From positions 64,750 through 128,749 of the forward strand of contig JAJPIJ010000046.1 in the NCBI GenBank assembly GCA_021324815.1: DNA of 64,000 nucleotides, in the 5' to 3' direction. The notes below the pieces were generated by a model, which was not told the origin of the DNA, ran no database searches, and was given only the letters and a program-made list of their open reading frames with translations. The DNA is from Gammaproteobacteria bacterium (GTDB taxonomy: Bacteria; Pseudomonadota; Gammaproteobacteria; JAJPIJ01). A program made the position numbers and the translations under genes. Each line of letters opens with the position of its first letter. Positions within the stretch are counted from its first letter, which is position 1. Positions 1-8,334 of this stretch are shown here, piece after piece.

Positions 1-583
1 ATGGACCTGGTGGGGGCGCGATCAGCGGCTCGTGGATCTGCCGCCGCCGCGCCTGCACGGCGAATTCCAGTTGCAAAACGCCGCCGGCGTGCTGGCCGCG
101 CTGGAGGCGCTGCGGGATCGCCGTCCCGTCAGTCGCGCCGCCATCGAACAGGGTCTGCGGCACGTGAGCCTCGACGGTCGCTTTCAGGTTTTCCACGGCC
201 CGGTGACCTGGATCCTGGACGTGGCGCACAATCCGCAATCGGTGCGGGTGCTGGCGGATACCCTGGCCCTGCACCCCTGCGCCGGCCGCACGCATTTTCT
301 CGTCGGCATGCTGCGCGACAAGGACATCCGCGGCATGTTCCAGATCATGGCGGGCCGGGCAGCCCACTGGCACCTGCTCACGCTGCCGGGGCGGCGGGGC
401 ACCACCGCCGGGTATCTTTACGAACAATGGCTGGCGGCGGGCGGAGGGAACGCCGCCGTCAGCTTGTACGACGACGTGGAAGCGGCCTATATGTGGGTCC
501 GTCAGCTGGCGTCACCGGGCGATCGCGTGCTGGTGTTCGGATCGTTTCTGACTGTGGCCGGTGTGGCGAAACTGATAGAGTAG
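1..583 (+). CDS. folC: bifunctional folylpolyglutamate/dihydrofolate synthase, C-terminal part (5' truncated by window)
   Basis: Motifs QxxNAA, GRFQ, LDVAHNP, DKD, LVFGSF; precedes dedD-cvpA-purF. Confidence 0.93.
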   Translation, partial: WTWWGRDQRLVDLPPPRLHGEFQLQNAAGVLAALEALRDRRPVSRAAIEQGLRHVSLDGRFQVFHGPVTWILDVAHNPQSVRVLADTLALHPCAGRTHFLVGMLRDKDIRGMFQIMAGRAAHWHLLTLPGRRGTTAGYLYEQWLAAGGGNAAVSLYDDVEAAYMWVRQLASPGDRVLVFGSFLTVAGVAKLIE

Positions 584-613
584 GGGAATGCGAATCGCGG
601 CAAAACAGGTGAA

Positions 614-1324
614 ATGGATCAAATCCTGAAACAACGCCTGGTGGGCGCCATCGTGCTGGTCGGGGTGGGGATATTGTTCCTGCCGGTGCTGTTTGAAGGC
701 GTGCCGACGCCGGAGGAACCCCGGATCGAAACCACCAACATCCCCCCGAAACCGGAGACGGGATTCAACTCGCGCATCATCCCGCTGGAAAGCGACGCGG
801 AGGTGACCGTGCCGTCGCCGCCTCTCGCTGTCTCGCCTCCGACGCCGGCAGCCGCGCCCGCAGTCCCCGGTTCCGCGGGCGCACCGAAGGCGGCGGGTGA
901 GAACGCTGATACCACGGAGGGGAGGCAGGTCACGGCGACGAAACCCGCGGACAAACAAAAACAGGAACAGGCGGCCGGCAACAAGGCTCAGCCCGCGCAG
1001 AAACCGGCCGAAAAACCCCAAACGCAGCCTCCCCCCACCACCATCGCCAGGGCGGCTCCCGTGGAGAAAAGCGGACAGCGCGTGGGCGTGACGGCGTGGG
1101 TGGTGCAGCTGGGCAGTTTCAGCAGCGAGCAGAATGCAAAGGAACTGGAGGCGCGCCTCCAGAAGCAGGGCTACGCCGCGTTCGTGGAAAAGCTGTACGC
1201 CAGCGACGGCCAGAAATACCGCGTCCGCATCGGACCGGAGCTGGTGCGCGCCAGGGCCCAGGAGACGCGCGACAAGGTGGAGAAGGATTTGAACCTCAAG
1301 GGCATTGTCGTACGCTATCCATAG
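614..1324 (+). CDS. dedD: SPOR-domain cell division protein DedD
   Basis: N-terminal LKQRLVGAIVL TM helix, Pro/Ala/Gln linker, C-terminal SPOR (WVVQLGSFS...YRVRIGP); synteny. Confidence 0.88.
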   Translation: MDQILKQRLVGAIVLVGVGILFLPVLFEGVPTPEEPRIETTNIPPKPETGFNSRIIPLESDAEVTVPSPPLAVSPPTPAAAPAVPGSAGAPKAAGENADTTEGRQVTATKPADKQKQEQAAGNKAQPAQKPAEKPQTQPPPTTIARAAPVEKSGQRVGVTAWVVQLGSFSSEQNAKELEARLQKQGYAAFVEKLYASDGQKYRVRIGPELVRARAQETRDKVEKDLNLKGIVVRYP

Positions 1325-1380
1325 TTGTCGGCTCTGACCAGGTCCGTCCCGGACTTCGTGCAGATGGAAGGCGCTGAATC

Positions 1381-1881
1381 ATGCATCAATTGATCTGGGT
1401 GGACATCGGGATACTTGCCATCATCGGTGTCTCCACGCTCATCAGCCTGTTCCGCGGTTTCGTGCGCGAGGTGCTGTCGCTGGTGGCATGGGCGGTGGCC
1501 TTCTGGGTGGCGATCACCTTCTCGCCGCAGGTCGCCGGACTGTTTGCCGCCCAAATCAGCGTGCCCTCGGCGCGCACCTTTCTCGCCTTCGGCGCCCTGT
1601 TTGTAGCCACCCTGTTCGTGGGCGGACTGGTCAATTTCGTGATCGGCAGGCTGATTGCGGCCACCGGCCTCACGGCCACTGATCGGCTGCTCGGCATATT
1701 CTTCGGGCTGGCACGCGGGATCGCCATCGTGACCGTGCTGGTGCTGCTCGCCGGGCTGACGCCGCTGCCCCGCGATCCCTGGTGGCACGAATCCCAATTC
1801 ATACCGCATTTTCAAGAACTTGCCGTGATACTGCGGAGCCTGCTGCCACCCGAGTATCAGGCCTATTTCAAGTTTAGCTAG
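1381..1881 (+). CDS. cvpA: CvpA family membrane protein
   Basis: [10 protein letters not shown] and DRLLGxxFGxxRG motifs; directly upstream of purF. Confidence 0.93.
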   Translation: MHQLIWVDIGILAIIGVSTLISLFRGFVREVLSLVAWAVAFWVAITFSPQVAGLFAAQISVPSARTFLAFGALFVATLFVGGLVNFVIGRLIAATGLTATDRLLGIFFGLARGIAIVTVLVLLAGLTPLPRDPWWHESQFIPHFQELAVILRSLLPPEYQAYFKFS

Positions 1882-1913
1882 CGGCGGCGTTACACGTTAC
1901 AATAGCGCACCTC

Positions 1914-3428
1914 ATGTGCGGCATCGTCGGCATCGTCGGCAGAAGCAGCGTCAATCAGGCCCTCTATGACGGCCTGACGGTCTTGCAGCACCGCGGCCAG
2001 GACGCCGCCGGCATCGCCACCTACGCCGAGGGCCGCTTTTATCTGCGCAAGTCCAACGGCATGGTGCGCGATGTCTTCCACACCCGGCACATGGTCAATC
2101 TCGCCGGCAACATGGGCATCGGCCACGTGCGCTATCCCACCGCCGGCTGCTCCTCCTCGGCCGAGGCGCAGCCCTTCTACGTCAATTCGCCCTACGGCAT
2201 CGCGCTGGCCCACAACGGCAACCTGACCAACGCGCAGGAATTGAAGGCGCAGCTGTTCGCCGAGGACCTGCGCCACATCAACACCGATTCGGACTCCGAG
2301 GTGCTGCTCAATGTGCTGGCCCACGAGCTGGCGCGCGGCGGCAAGCTGCGCATCGACGCCGAGGACGTCTTCACCGCCGTGCGCGGCCTGCACCGGCGCG
2401 TGCGCGGCGCCTATGCCTGCGTCGCCATGATCACCGGCGTCGGCATCCTGGGCTTCCGCGACCCGCACGGCATCCGGCCCGTGGTCTTCGGCCGCCGCGA
2501 CACGAAGGACGGGCCGGAGTACATGATCGCCTCCGAGTCGGTGGCGCTGGACGTCCTCGGCTTCAAGCTGGTGCGCGACATCAAGCCCGGCGAGGCGGTG
2601 TTCATCGACAAGAAGGGCGAGCTGCACCACCGGCAGTGCGCCGACGAGGTCCTGCACACGCCGTGCATCTTCGAGTACGTCTACCTGGCGCGGCCGGACT
2701 CCATCATCGACGGCATCTCCGTGCACAAGGCGCGCATGCGCATGGGCGAGAAGCTGGCGGCCAAGATAGAGCGCGTATGGCCGGACCACGACATCGACGT
2801 CGTCATCCCCATCCCCGACACCAGCCGCACCGCCGCGCTGGAGCTGGCGAACACGCTGGGCCTGAAATACCGCGAGGGCTTCATCAAGAACCGTTACATT
2901 CCGCGCACCTTCATCATGCCGGGGCAGGGCATGCGCCAGAAATCGGTGCGGCAGAAGTTGAACGCCATCGATCTGGAGTTCAAGGGCAAGAACGTGCTGC
3001 TGGTGGACGACTCCATCGTGCGCGGCAACACCTCCAGGCAGATCATCCAGATGGCCCGCGACGCCGGCGCGCGCAAGGTGTATTTCGCCTCCGCCGCGCC
3101 GCCGGTGCGGTTCCCCAACGTGTACGGCATCGACATGCCGACCGGGGAGGAGTTGATCGCCCACGGCCGCACCGAGGAGGAGGTCTGCAAGATCATCGGC
3201 GCCGACCGGTTGATCTACCAGGACCTTGATGACCTCATCGATTGCGCCCGCCGCGGGAATCCGGACGTCCGGCGCTTCGACACCTCCTGCTTCGACGGCG
3301 TGTACGTGACCGGCGACGTGAGCGACGTGTACCTGAAGCGCATCGGCGCGCAGCGCTCGGACGGCGCCAAGAGCCGGCGCGAGAAGGGCGGCGGCAACGC
3401 CCTGAACGATCTGACCGCCACAGCGTAG
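1914..3428 (+). CDS. purF: amidophosphoribosyltransferase
   Basis: MCGIVG Ntn start, [29 protein letters not shown] loop. Confidence 0.98.
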   Translation: MCGIVGIVGRSSVNQALYDGLTVLQHRGQDAAGIATYAEGRFYLRKSNGMVRDVFHTRHMVNLAGNMGIGHVRYPTAGCSSSAEAQPFYVNSPYGIALAHNGNLTNAQELKAQLFAEDLRHINTDSDSEVLLNVLAHELARGGKLRIDAEDVFTAVRGLHRRVRGAYACVAMITGVGILGFRDPHGIRPVVFGRRDTKDGPEYMIASESVALDVLGFKLVRDIKPGEAVFIDKKGELHHRQCADEVLHTPCIFEYVYLARPDSIIDGISVHKARMRMGEKLAAKIERVWPDHDIDVVIPIPDTSRTAALELANTLGLKYREGFIKNRYIPRTFIMPGQGMRQKSVRQKLNAIDLEFKGKNVLLVDDSIVRGNTSRQIIQMARDAGARKVYFASAAPPVRFPNVYGIDMPTGEELIAHGRTEEEVCKIIGADRLIYQDLDDLIDCARRGNPDVRRFDTSCFDGVYVTGDVSDVYLKRIGAQRSDGAKSRREKGGGNALNDLTATA

Positions 3429-3507
3429 TGCCCCGCGGTTATTCTGTAACCGCCTCCATTGGGTTCCCCCGCTTGTCCCCGCCAGTGAAAGTCTGTTTGT
3501 AAGCGCG

Positions 3508-4110
3508 ATGAATCCCGCCAGCGCGCCGGATGAAGCACAGCTGATCGCGGCGTTGCGGCGCGGCGAGGGCGGGGCCTTCGAGACGCTGGTGCGGCAACAC
3601 GGCGATGCGCTCTACCGGCTGGCCGTGCGGGTGCTGGGCAACGAGGCCGAGGCCCGCGACGCGGTGCAGGACGGCTTCATCAGCGCCTACAAGGAAATCA
3701 AAAGCTTCGAGGCGCGGGCGTCGCTTAAGACCTGGCTGTACCGCATCGTCCTCAACGCCGCGTTGATGCGGCGGCGCTCGCGGCAGCGCAAGAACGAGGT
3801 GGCCATCGACGAGTTGCTGCCGCAGATCGACGAATTCCGCCATGAGCCGGACTGGAATTTTACCGAATCCGCCGAGGACACCGTGGCCCGCGGCCATCTC
3901 CGGCAGCACATCCGGGCGCAGATTGAGCGGCTGCCGGAGGCCTACCGTACCGTTTTGTGGCTCAGGGACATCGAAGGATACGACACCCGCGAGACGGCGG
4001 AGATGCTGGGCGACAGCGAGGGCAGCGTGAAGGTCCGCTTGCACCGGGCGCGCGCAGCCCTGAAGACCCTGCTGGAGCCGCTCTACAAGGGTGAGGTTGC
4101 GTCATCATGA
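3508..4110 (+). CDS. ECF RNA polymerase sigma factor
   Basis: Region 2 (AxDAVQD..F, TWLYRI) and region 4 (LPE.YR.V..LRDIEG...E.AE.LG.SEGSVKVRLHRAR). Confidence 0.93.
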   Translation: MNPASAPDEAQLIAALRRGEGGAFETLVRQHGDALYRLAVRVLGNEAEARDAVQDGFISAYKEIKSFEARASLKTWLYRIVLNAALMRRRSRQRKNEVAIDELLPQIDEFRHEPDWNFTESAEDTVARGHLRQHIRAQIERLPEAYRTVLWLRDIEGYDTRETAEMLGDSEGSVKVRLHRARAALKTLLEPLYKGEVASS

Positions 4111-4400
4111 AGCGCATACTGCTGAAACTCGAATACCTGATGTTCAAGCACGTGCCGGGCATGCTGACCTGCGCCGAGGCGGACGCCTTCATCTCGGATT
4201 ACGTGGACGGCCTCCTGCCGGCGGCGCAGCGCCGCAAGTTCGAACGGCACATCCGCATGTGCCGCCCCTGCCGCGCCTATTTGAAGGCCTATCGCCGCAC
4301 CGTGACCCTGGCCCGGCTGTCGGCGGCGGAGCAGCGGGCGCCCGCCGTGACCCGCATGCCCGAGGAACTGGTCCACGCCATCCTCGCCGCCTGCAAGTAG
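4107..4400 (+). CDS. zinc-finger (zf-HC2/ZAS) anti-sigma factor
   Basis: C...Y.DG.L...HxxxCxxC (HIRMCRPC); ATGA overlap with the sigma gene. Confidence 0.88.
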   Translation: MKRILLKLEYLMFKHVPGMLTCAEADAFISDYVDGLLPAAQRRKFERHIRMCRPCRAYLKAYRRTVTLARLSAAEQRAPAVTRMPEELVHAILAACK

Positions 4401-4405
4401 AACCA

Positions 4406-4517
4406 CCGTTCGTGCTGAGCCTTCGACAAGCTCAGGCCAGGGTACGCTGCGCGTATCGAAGCATGAACGAGTTAATTGCCATGTGATGTTTGCCCTTCGA
4501 TACCTCAGGGCGAACGG
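4406..4517. repeat. intergenic palindromic REP/BIME-like element, family A copy 1
   Basis: Starts CCGTTCG, ends CGAACGG; contains CCCTTCGATACCTCAGGGCGAACGG; related to 12303-12438 and 58363-58463. Confidence 0.8.
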
Positions 4518-4572
4518 CATTAACAAGCAGAAGTTTGACAGCGCGCATCGATTTCTCTACATTGCCGCCGTT

Positions 4573-4645
4573 GGCGCCGATTTGAATCAGCTTGCGGGCG
4601 CTCCGGGGTGCGGAATCGCGCGGCCGGAAAATCAGCTAAAGCGAT
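4573..4645 (+). promoter_or_regulatory. SAM-II riboswitch (long-loop variant)
   Basis: GCGCC-GATTTG...CTTGC-GGGCGC...AAAATCAGCTAAAGCG matches the SAM-II pseudoknot consensus; upstream of metZ. Confidence 0.8.
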
Positions 4646-4654
4646 GGCAGTATC

Positions 4655-4686
4655 AAAAGCCCGCTTTAGTTTCGCGGGTTTTTTTG
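4655..4686 (+). terminator. intrinsic terminator / riboswitch expression platform
   Basis: Stem AAGCCCGC/GCGGGTTT followed by a T run, in the metZ leader. Confidence 0.75.
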
Positions 4687-4737
4687 TGCCCGCGTGACGG
4701 CCCGCCGGCGGCGCATGAAGACGATGGAGCACGAATC

Positions 4738-5925
4738 ATGGGCGACAAACCCGATCAAAACTATGCGATAGAAACGCTGGCCGTGCGCGCCGGCCAGGTG
4801 CGCACACACGAGGGCGAGCAGAGCGAGCCGCTGTTTTTGACCTCGAGTTTCACCTTCAAAAACGCGGCGCAGGCGGCGGCGCGCTTCAAGGGCGAGGAGC
4901 CGGGCAACATCTACTCACGCTTCACCAATCCCACGGTGCGCACCTTCGAACAGCGGCTGGCGCAGCTCGAGGGCGGCGAGCGTTGCGTCGCCACCGGCTC
5001 CGGCATGGCGGCCATCCTGACCACCTGCATGGCGCTGCTCAAGGGCGGCGATCACGTGGTCTGCTCGCAGAGCGTGTTCGGCACCACGGTGACGCTGTTC
5101 CAGCAATGGCTGTCCAAGTTCGGCGTGCAGCACAGCTTCGTGCCGCTGACCGATTACGCGGCGTGGGAGAAGGCGATCCGCCCGGAGACCAAATTCCTGT
5201 TCGTGGAGACGCCCTCGAATCCCTTGACCGAGATCGCCGACATCGCCCGCCTGAGCGAGATTGCGCACAAGCACAACTGCCTCTCGGTGGTCGACAACTG
5301 CTTCCTGACGCCCGCGCTGCAACTGCCGCTCAAGCTCGGCGCCGACATCGTCATTCATTCCGCGACCAAGTATCTGGACGGGCAGGGGCGCTGCGTCGGC
5401 GGCGCCATCATCGGCGGCGACAAAATGCTGGAGCCGATGTTCGGGTTCGTGCGCAGCGCCGGGCCGTCCCTGAGCCCGTTCAATGCCTGGGTGTTTCTAA
5501 AAGGCCTGGAGACGCTCGGCCTGCGCATGGAGGCGCACGGCGCGCGCGCGCTCGCCGTCGCCGAATGGCTGGAAAAGCAGCCGAAGGTGAAGCGGGTTTA
5601 CTATCCGGGCCTGCCTTCGCATCCACAGCATCAGCTCGCCAAGCGCCAGCAGCAGGGCTGCGGCGGCATCATCAGCTTCGAGGTGGAGGGCGGTCAGCCC
5701 GCGGCGTGGCGGCTCATCGACGGCGTGCGCATCTTCTCCATTACCGCCAATCTCGGCGACGCCAAGAGCACCATCACCCATCCGGCCACCACCACGCACT
5801 GGCGCATCACGCCGGAGGAGCGCGCGCGCGCCGGCATCACCGACGGGCTGATCCGTATTTCAGTGGGATTGGAGAACGCCGAGGATTTAAAACGCGATTT
5901 GCAGCAGGCTTTGAAGTCTATTTAA
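4738..5925 (+). CDS. metZ: O-succinylhomoserine sulfhydrylase
   Basis: YSRFTNPT, PLP lysine motif HSATKY, NLGDAKS, LIRISVGLE; start moved to ATG 4738, downstream of the riboswitch. Confidence 0.93.
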   Translation: MGDKPDQNYAIETLAVRAGQVRTHEGEQSEPLFLTSSFTFKNAAQAAARFKGEEPGNIYSRFTNPTVRTFEQRLAQLEGGERCVATGSGMAAILTTCMALLKGGDHVVCSQSVFGTTVTLFQQWLSKFGVQHSFVPLTDYAAWEKAIRPETKFLFVETPSNPLTEIADIARLSEIAHKHNCLSVVDNCFLTPALQLPLKLGADIVIHSATKYLDGQGRCVGGAIIGGDKMLEPMFGFVRSAGPSLSPFNAWVFLKGLETLGLRMEAHGARALAVAEWLEKQPKVKRVYYPGLPSHPQHQLAKRQQQGCGGIISFEVEGGQPAAWRLIDGVRIFSITANLGDAKSTITHPATTTHWRITPEERARAGITDGLIRISVGLENAEDLKRDLQQALKSI

Positions 5926-5968
5926 GGCACGCGGGCATAAGCTGTCATTTCGAATCCTTCGTCATTGC

Positions 5969-6109
5969 TCAGGACAGGCGCTGCGGGAAATCCGTCTTGT
6001 ATTTTGCGCCGTAACGCCCAGCCTTCACGTCACGGATCGCTCGCAATAGTTCCTTGCCGATATTGCGCCTGGCGTCCCGGATCAACAACTCTTTCTCACG
6101 ACGTGGCAT
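5969..6109 (-). pseudogene. truncated HigA-like antitoxin N-terminus (46 aa)
   Basis: Manual translation MPRREKELLIRDARRNIGKELLRAIRDVKAGRYGAKYKT...; the expected HTH is missing and the frame runs into a palindromic repeat at ~5943-5992. Confidence 0.55.
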
Positions 6110-6120
6110 AACCGATCTGC

Positions 6121-6414
6121 TTATGCCGCTTTTAACTCAATTTTGACTGTGTAGCCGAGGGCTTTGGCCGCACGCGTCAGAGTGTCGATTGTCAGACCGG
6201 TATCGGACTCATCCAGAAGGCGATCAAGGGCCGAACGACTGGTGCGCATACGTTTGGCCATTGCCACTTTGGTGAGCCCCCTTTTTTTCATCCCTTCCTG
6301 CATTTGCCAGGCAAGCACGCGTTTCAAGGCGCGGGCGGATACCACCTCAAGAGAACCATCCTCAGACAGCAAATCATCAAGGCTGCTGCCGATATGCCTT
6401 TTAACCTTAGCCAT
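6121..6414 (-). CDS. XRE-family HTH antitoxin
   Basis: HIGSSLDDLL...MKKRGLTKxAMAKRMxTSRSALDRLLD; overlaps the upstream toxin gene. Confidence 0.85.
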   Translation of the reverse strand: MAKVKRHIGSSLDDLLSEDGSLEVVSARALKRVLAWQMQEGMKKRGLTKVAMAKRMRTSRSALDRLLDESDTGLTIDTLTRAAKALGYTVKIELKAA

Positions 6415-6757
6415 ATTGCACCTCCTTCATTCTCCGCAACGCCAGGTCAAGGTCCGCGGCAGGAGTATGCCTCGACTTCTTAATAAAGCCGTGGACCAAA
6501 ACCATCCTTGCGCTAACAGTAGTGAACATAACCCGTGCAATGCCAGAGGGGAGGGTGCTTCGCACTTCCCATAAGTCCGGTTTGAGTTTCCGAACCAATG
6601 GCATCCCCAAGGGCCAGCCGAACTGAATAGTCTTGAGATCTTCGCCAATCCTCCTACGCTCCTCTGGAGGAAGGCTCTTCAGCCACTCCCACACAGGTTC
6701 CCGGCCTTGGGTGGTCGCATAGAAACGGACCTCCAGGATCGGCGATCTCTCGATCAT
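6407..6757 (-). CDS. RelE/ParE (Gp49-like) type II toxin
   Basis: FY.T..G.EPV.EWL, GWPLGMPLVRKL, LWEVRS, VLVHGFIKKS; toxin-first HigBA-like order. Confidence 0.85.
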   Translation of the reverse strand: MIERSPILEVRFYATTQGREPVWEWLKSLPPEERRRIGEDLKTIQFGWPLGMPLVRKLKPDLWEVRSTLPSGIARVMFTTVSARMVLVHGFIKKSRHTPAADLDLALRRMKEVQYG

Positions 6758-6790
6758 GCTATAGTGTACCATAAATAGTACGTCACACTC

Positions 6791-6907
6791 GAGGAGCACG
6801 TCCGCGCCGGGATCACCGACGGCTTGATCCGCATTTCAGTGGGGTTGGAGAACGCAGAGGATTCGAAACGGGATCTGAATCAGGCCCTGAAATCCATGGC
6901 AGGTTGA
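6791..6907 (+). pseudogene. diverged duplicate of the metZ 3' end
   Basis: Reads EEHVRAGITDGLIRISVGLENAEDSKRDLNQALKSMAG* versus MetZ EERARAGITDGLIRISVGLENAEDLKRDLQQALKSI*. Confidence 0.9.
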
Positions 6908-7042
6908 TGCAAAACTACTGCGAAGGCCATCTGCGTTGTTGCTGCTCGCTCAAAAGCTCGCCGTACTACTTTTGTACTGTCTCGCTTTTTCGCTCGCGGC
7001 GCCTAGCATCTGGTGCTTCTCGTGACGTTTTGCATCAACCTG
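6900..7042. mobile_element. putative MITE (~143 bp) with 16-bp terminal inverted repeats
   Basis: CAGGTTGATGCAAAAC (6900-6915) and GTTTTGCATCAACCTG (7027-7042); no transposase ORF inside. Confidence 0.65.
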
Positions 7043-7115
7043 TTAGGTCGCCTCAAGGATACGATCAGTTTTCCTCCCCACTTGATGTTAAAGTCTAGCC
7101 ATCGGTAACGATCTG

Positions 7116-7834
7116 TTACGGAGGGTTATGCGTTGGGGCTGGCTCCTCGTAATCAAGGTATTTCATTAGGATATCCCGAGTAAGCGATAGCATCTTCCAC
7201 CGTTCTACTTTATTTGTTGGCTTCGCGTTTACCCAATTTCCGTGACGGACTACATCGGCGTAATTCTTAACCGTGTTCGTAATCATATCCCGATCAGTTC
7301 CGAGGGTTGCGTGCATATCATCCCAACGATCAACTCCAGACTTTGATACAAAAGCAGACTTAATACCTTCAATAGCTCGGTAGCAATAAGTTGCGCAGTC
7401 AATTACGTCTGTTATTGCTCGAAGATAGTCGCGAAGCGCTAGACGAAAAAACACATCTCTGCCCGAGAGACGAAATGCTCGGTTAAATATAGTAATGTAT
7501 GGGTCTATACGCAAAGTCTGTCCCGGTGTTTCGCCTTCGGGTCTCACGCCGAAGACATGAGGCGTTCCATCCTCTTCGCTAACTTGGATGAGTTCTACTG
7601 AGTATCCCGATCCAAGTGAGAAACCGAGCGAGCCGACCAAAATATTCGCAACATCATCCGCCACTATTTTTGCCGAAATCCATCCATCAATGCTAGGGAC
7701 ATCTAACACCACTGTGAGCTGTGATGCATCACAATAAGCGATCGCACTTCCACCGCCTTCAAGCCTCATTTCAATTCGACAAAATTAACATCGGCTCGCT
7801 CAGGAAGAACGCGACCAGTGCAAATGTATTTCAT
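7116..7834 (-). CDS. low-GC hypothetical protein, possibly frameshifted near the 5' end
   Basis: 217-aa ORF 7116-7769 in AT-rich DNA; an upstream ATG at 7834 (MKYICTGRVLPERADVNF) would join it with a one-base correction near 7781-7784. Confidence 0.6.
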
Positions 7835-7878
7835 GGCTATCTATATTTATAGAGTGCAGTTGTGGTGTATAGCATCGA

Positions 7879-7954
7879 TGGCGCCCTGGGCAGGAGTCGA
7901 ACCTGCGACCTTCCGCTTAGGAGGCGGACGCTCTATCCACTGAGCTACCAGGGC
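7879..7954 (-). tRNA. tRNA-Arg (anticodon CCT)
   Basis: GCCCTGG-TAGCTCAGTGGATAGAGC...CT-CCT-AA...GGTTCGACTCC...CCAGGGC-G-CCA, 76 nt cloverleaf. Confidence 0.96.
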
Positions 7955-8174
7955 GTGCAGTGCCAATCGCCATTGTCAGTAAATTCAACCATCCCTGGTG
8001 CTAAGACCCGGCCTCGCCATCCGTGGCTTAAGCGCTCGCCGGAGCGGACATTCACTGGATGTCCGCCTTGATCCGGCTCACCCACTGAGCTACCAGAGCG
8101 TGCAGTGCCAATCGCCATTGTCAGTAAATTCAACCATCCCTGGTGCTAAGACCCGGCCTCGCCATCCATGGCTT
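7937..8174. repeat. 93-bp direct repeat pair including the tRNA 5' end
   Basis: 7937-8029 and 8082-8174 differ at two positions. Confidence 0.92.
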
Positions 8175-8334
8175 GGCGTTCGCCGGGGCGGACAGCCCTT
8201 CGACTCCCGCCTGTTCTTGCAACCCTTCGACGGGCTCGGGGCGAAGGGGCGGGACGTACCGGGCAAGACCGCAATATTGTACCCCGGAACTTTTATGGGA
8301 GCCGCATTCCTAAGCGGAACCGCCAACAGGTACA

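Noticed and set aside
1890-3164. Long antisense or alternate-frame ORFs (e.g. 1890-3164, 8293-9606, 26658-28592, 52063-53568, 62446-63828)
   Set aside because: Shadows of real high-GC genes on the opposite strand or frame; no recognisable motifs.
4483-4737. 85-aa N-terminal extension of MetZ in the ORF track
   Set aside because: It runs through a palindromic repeat, the SAM-II aptamer and a terminator; homology begins near ATG 4738.
7043-7135. Possible integron attC near the end of the low-GC gene (TAAC/GTTA motifs)
   Set aside because: I could not build a convincing R''-L''-L'-R' palindrome, and no integron integrase is present.
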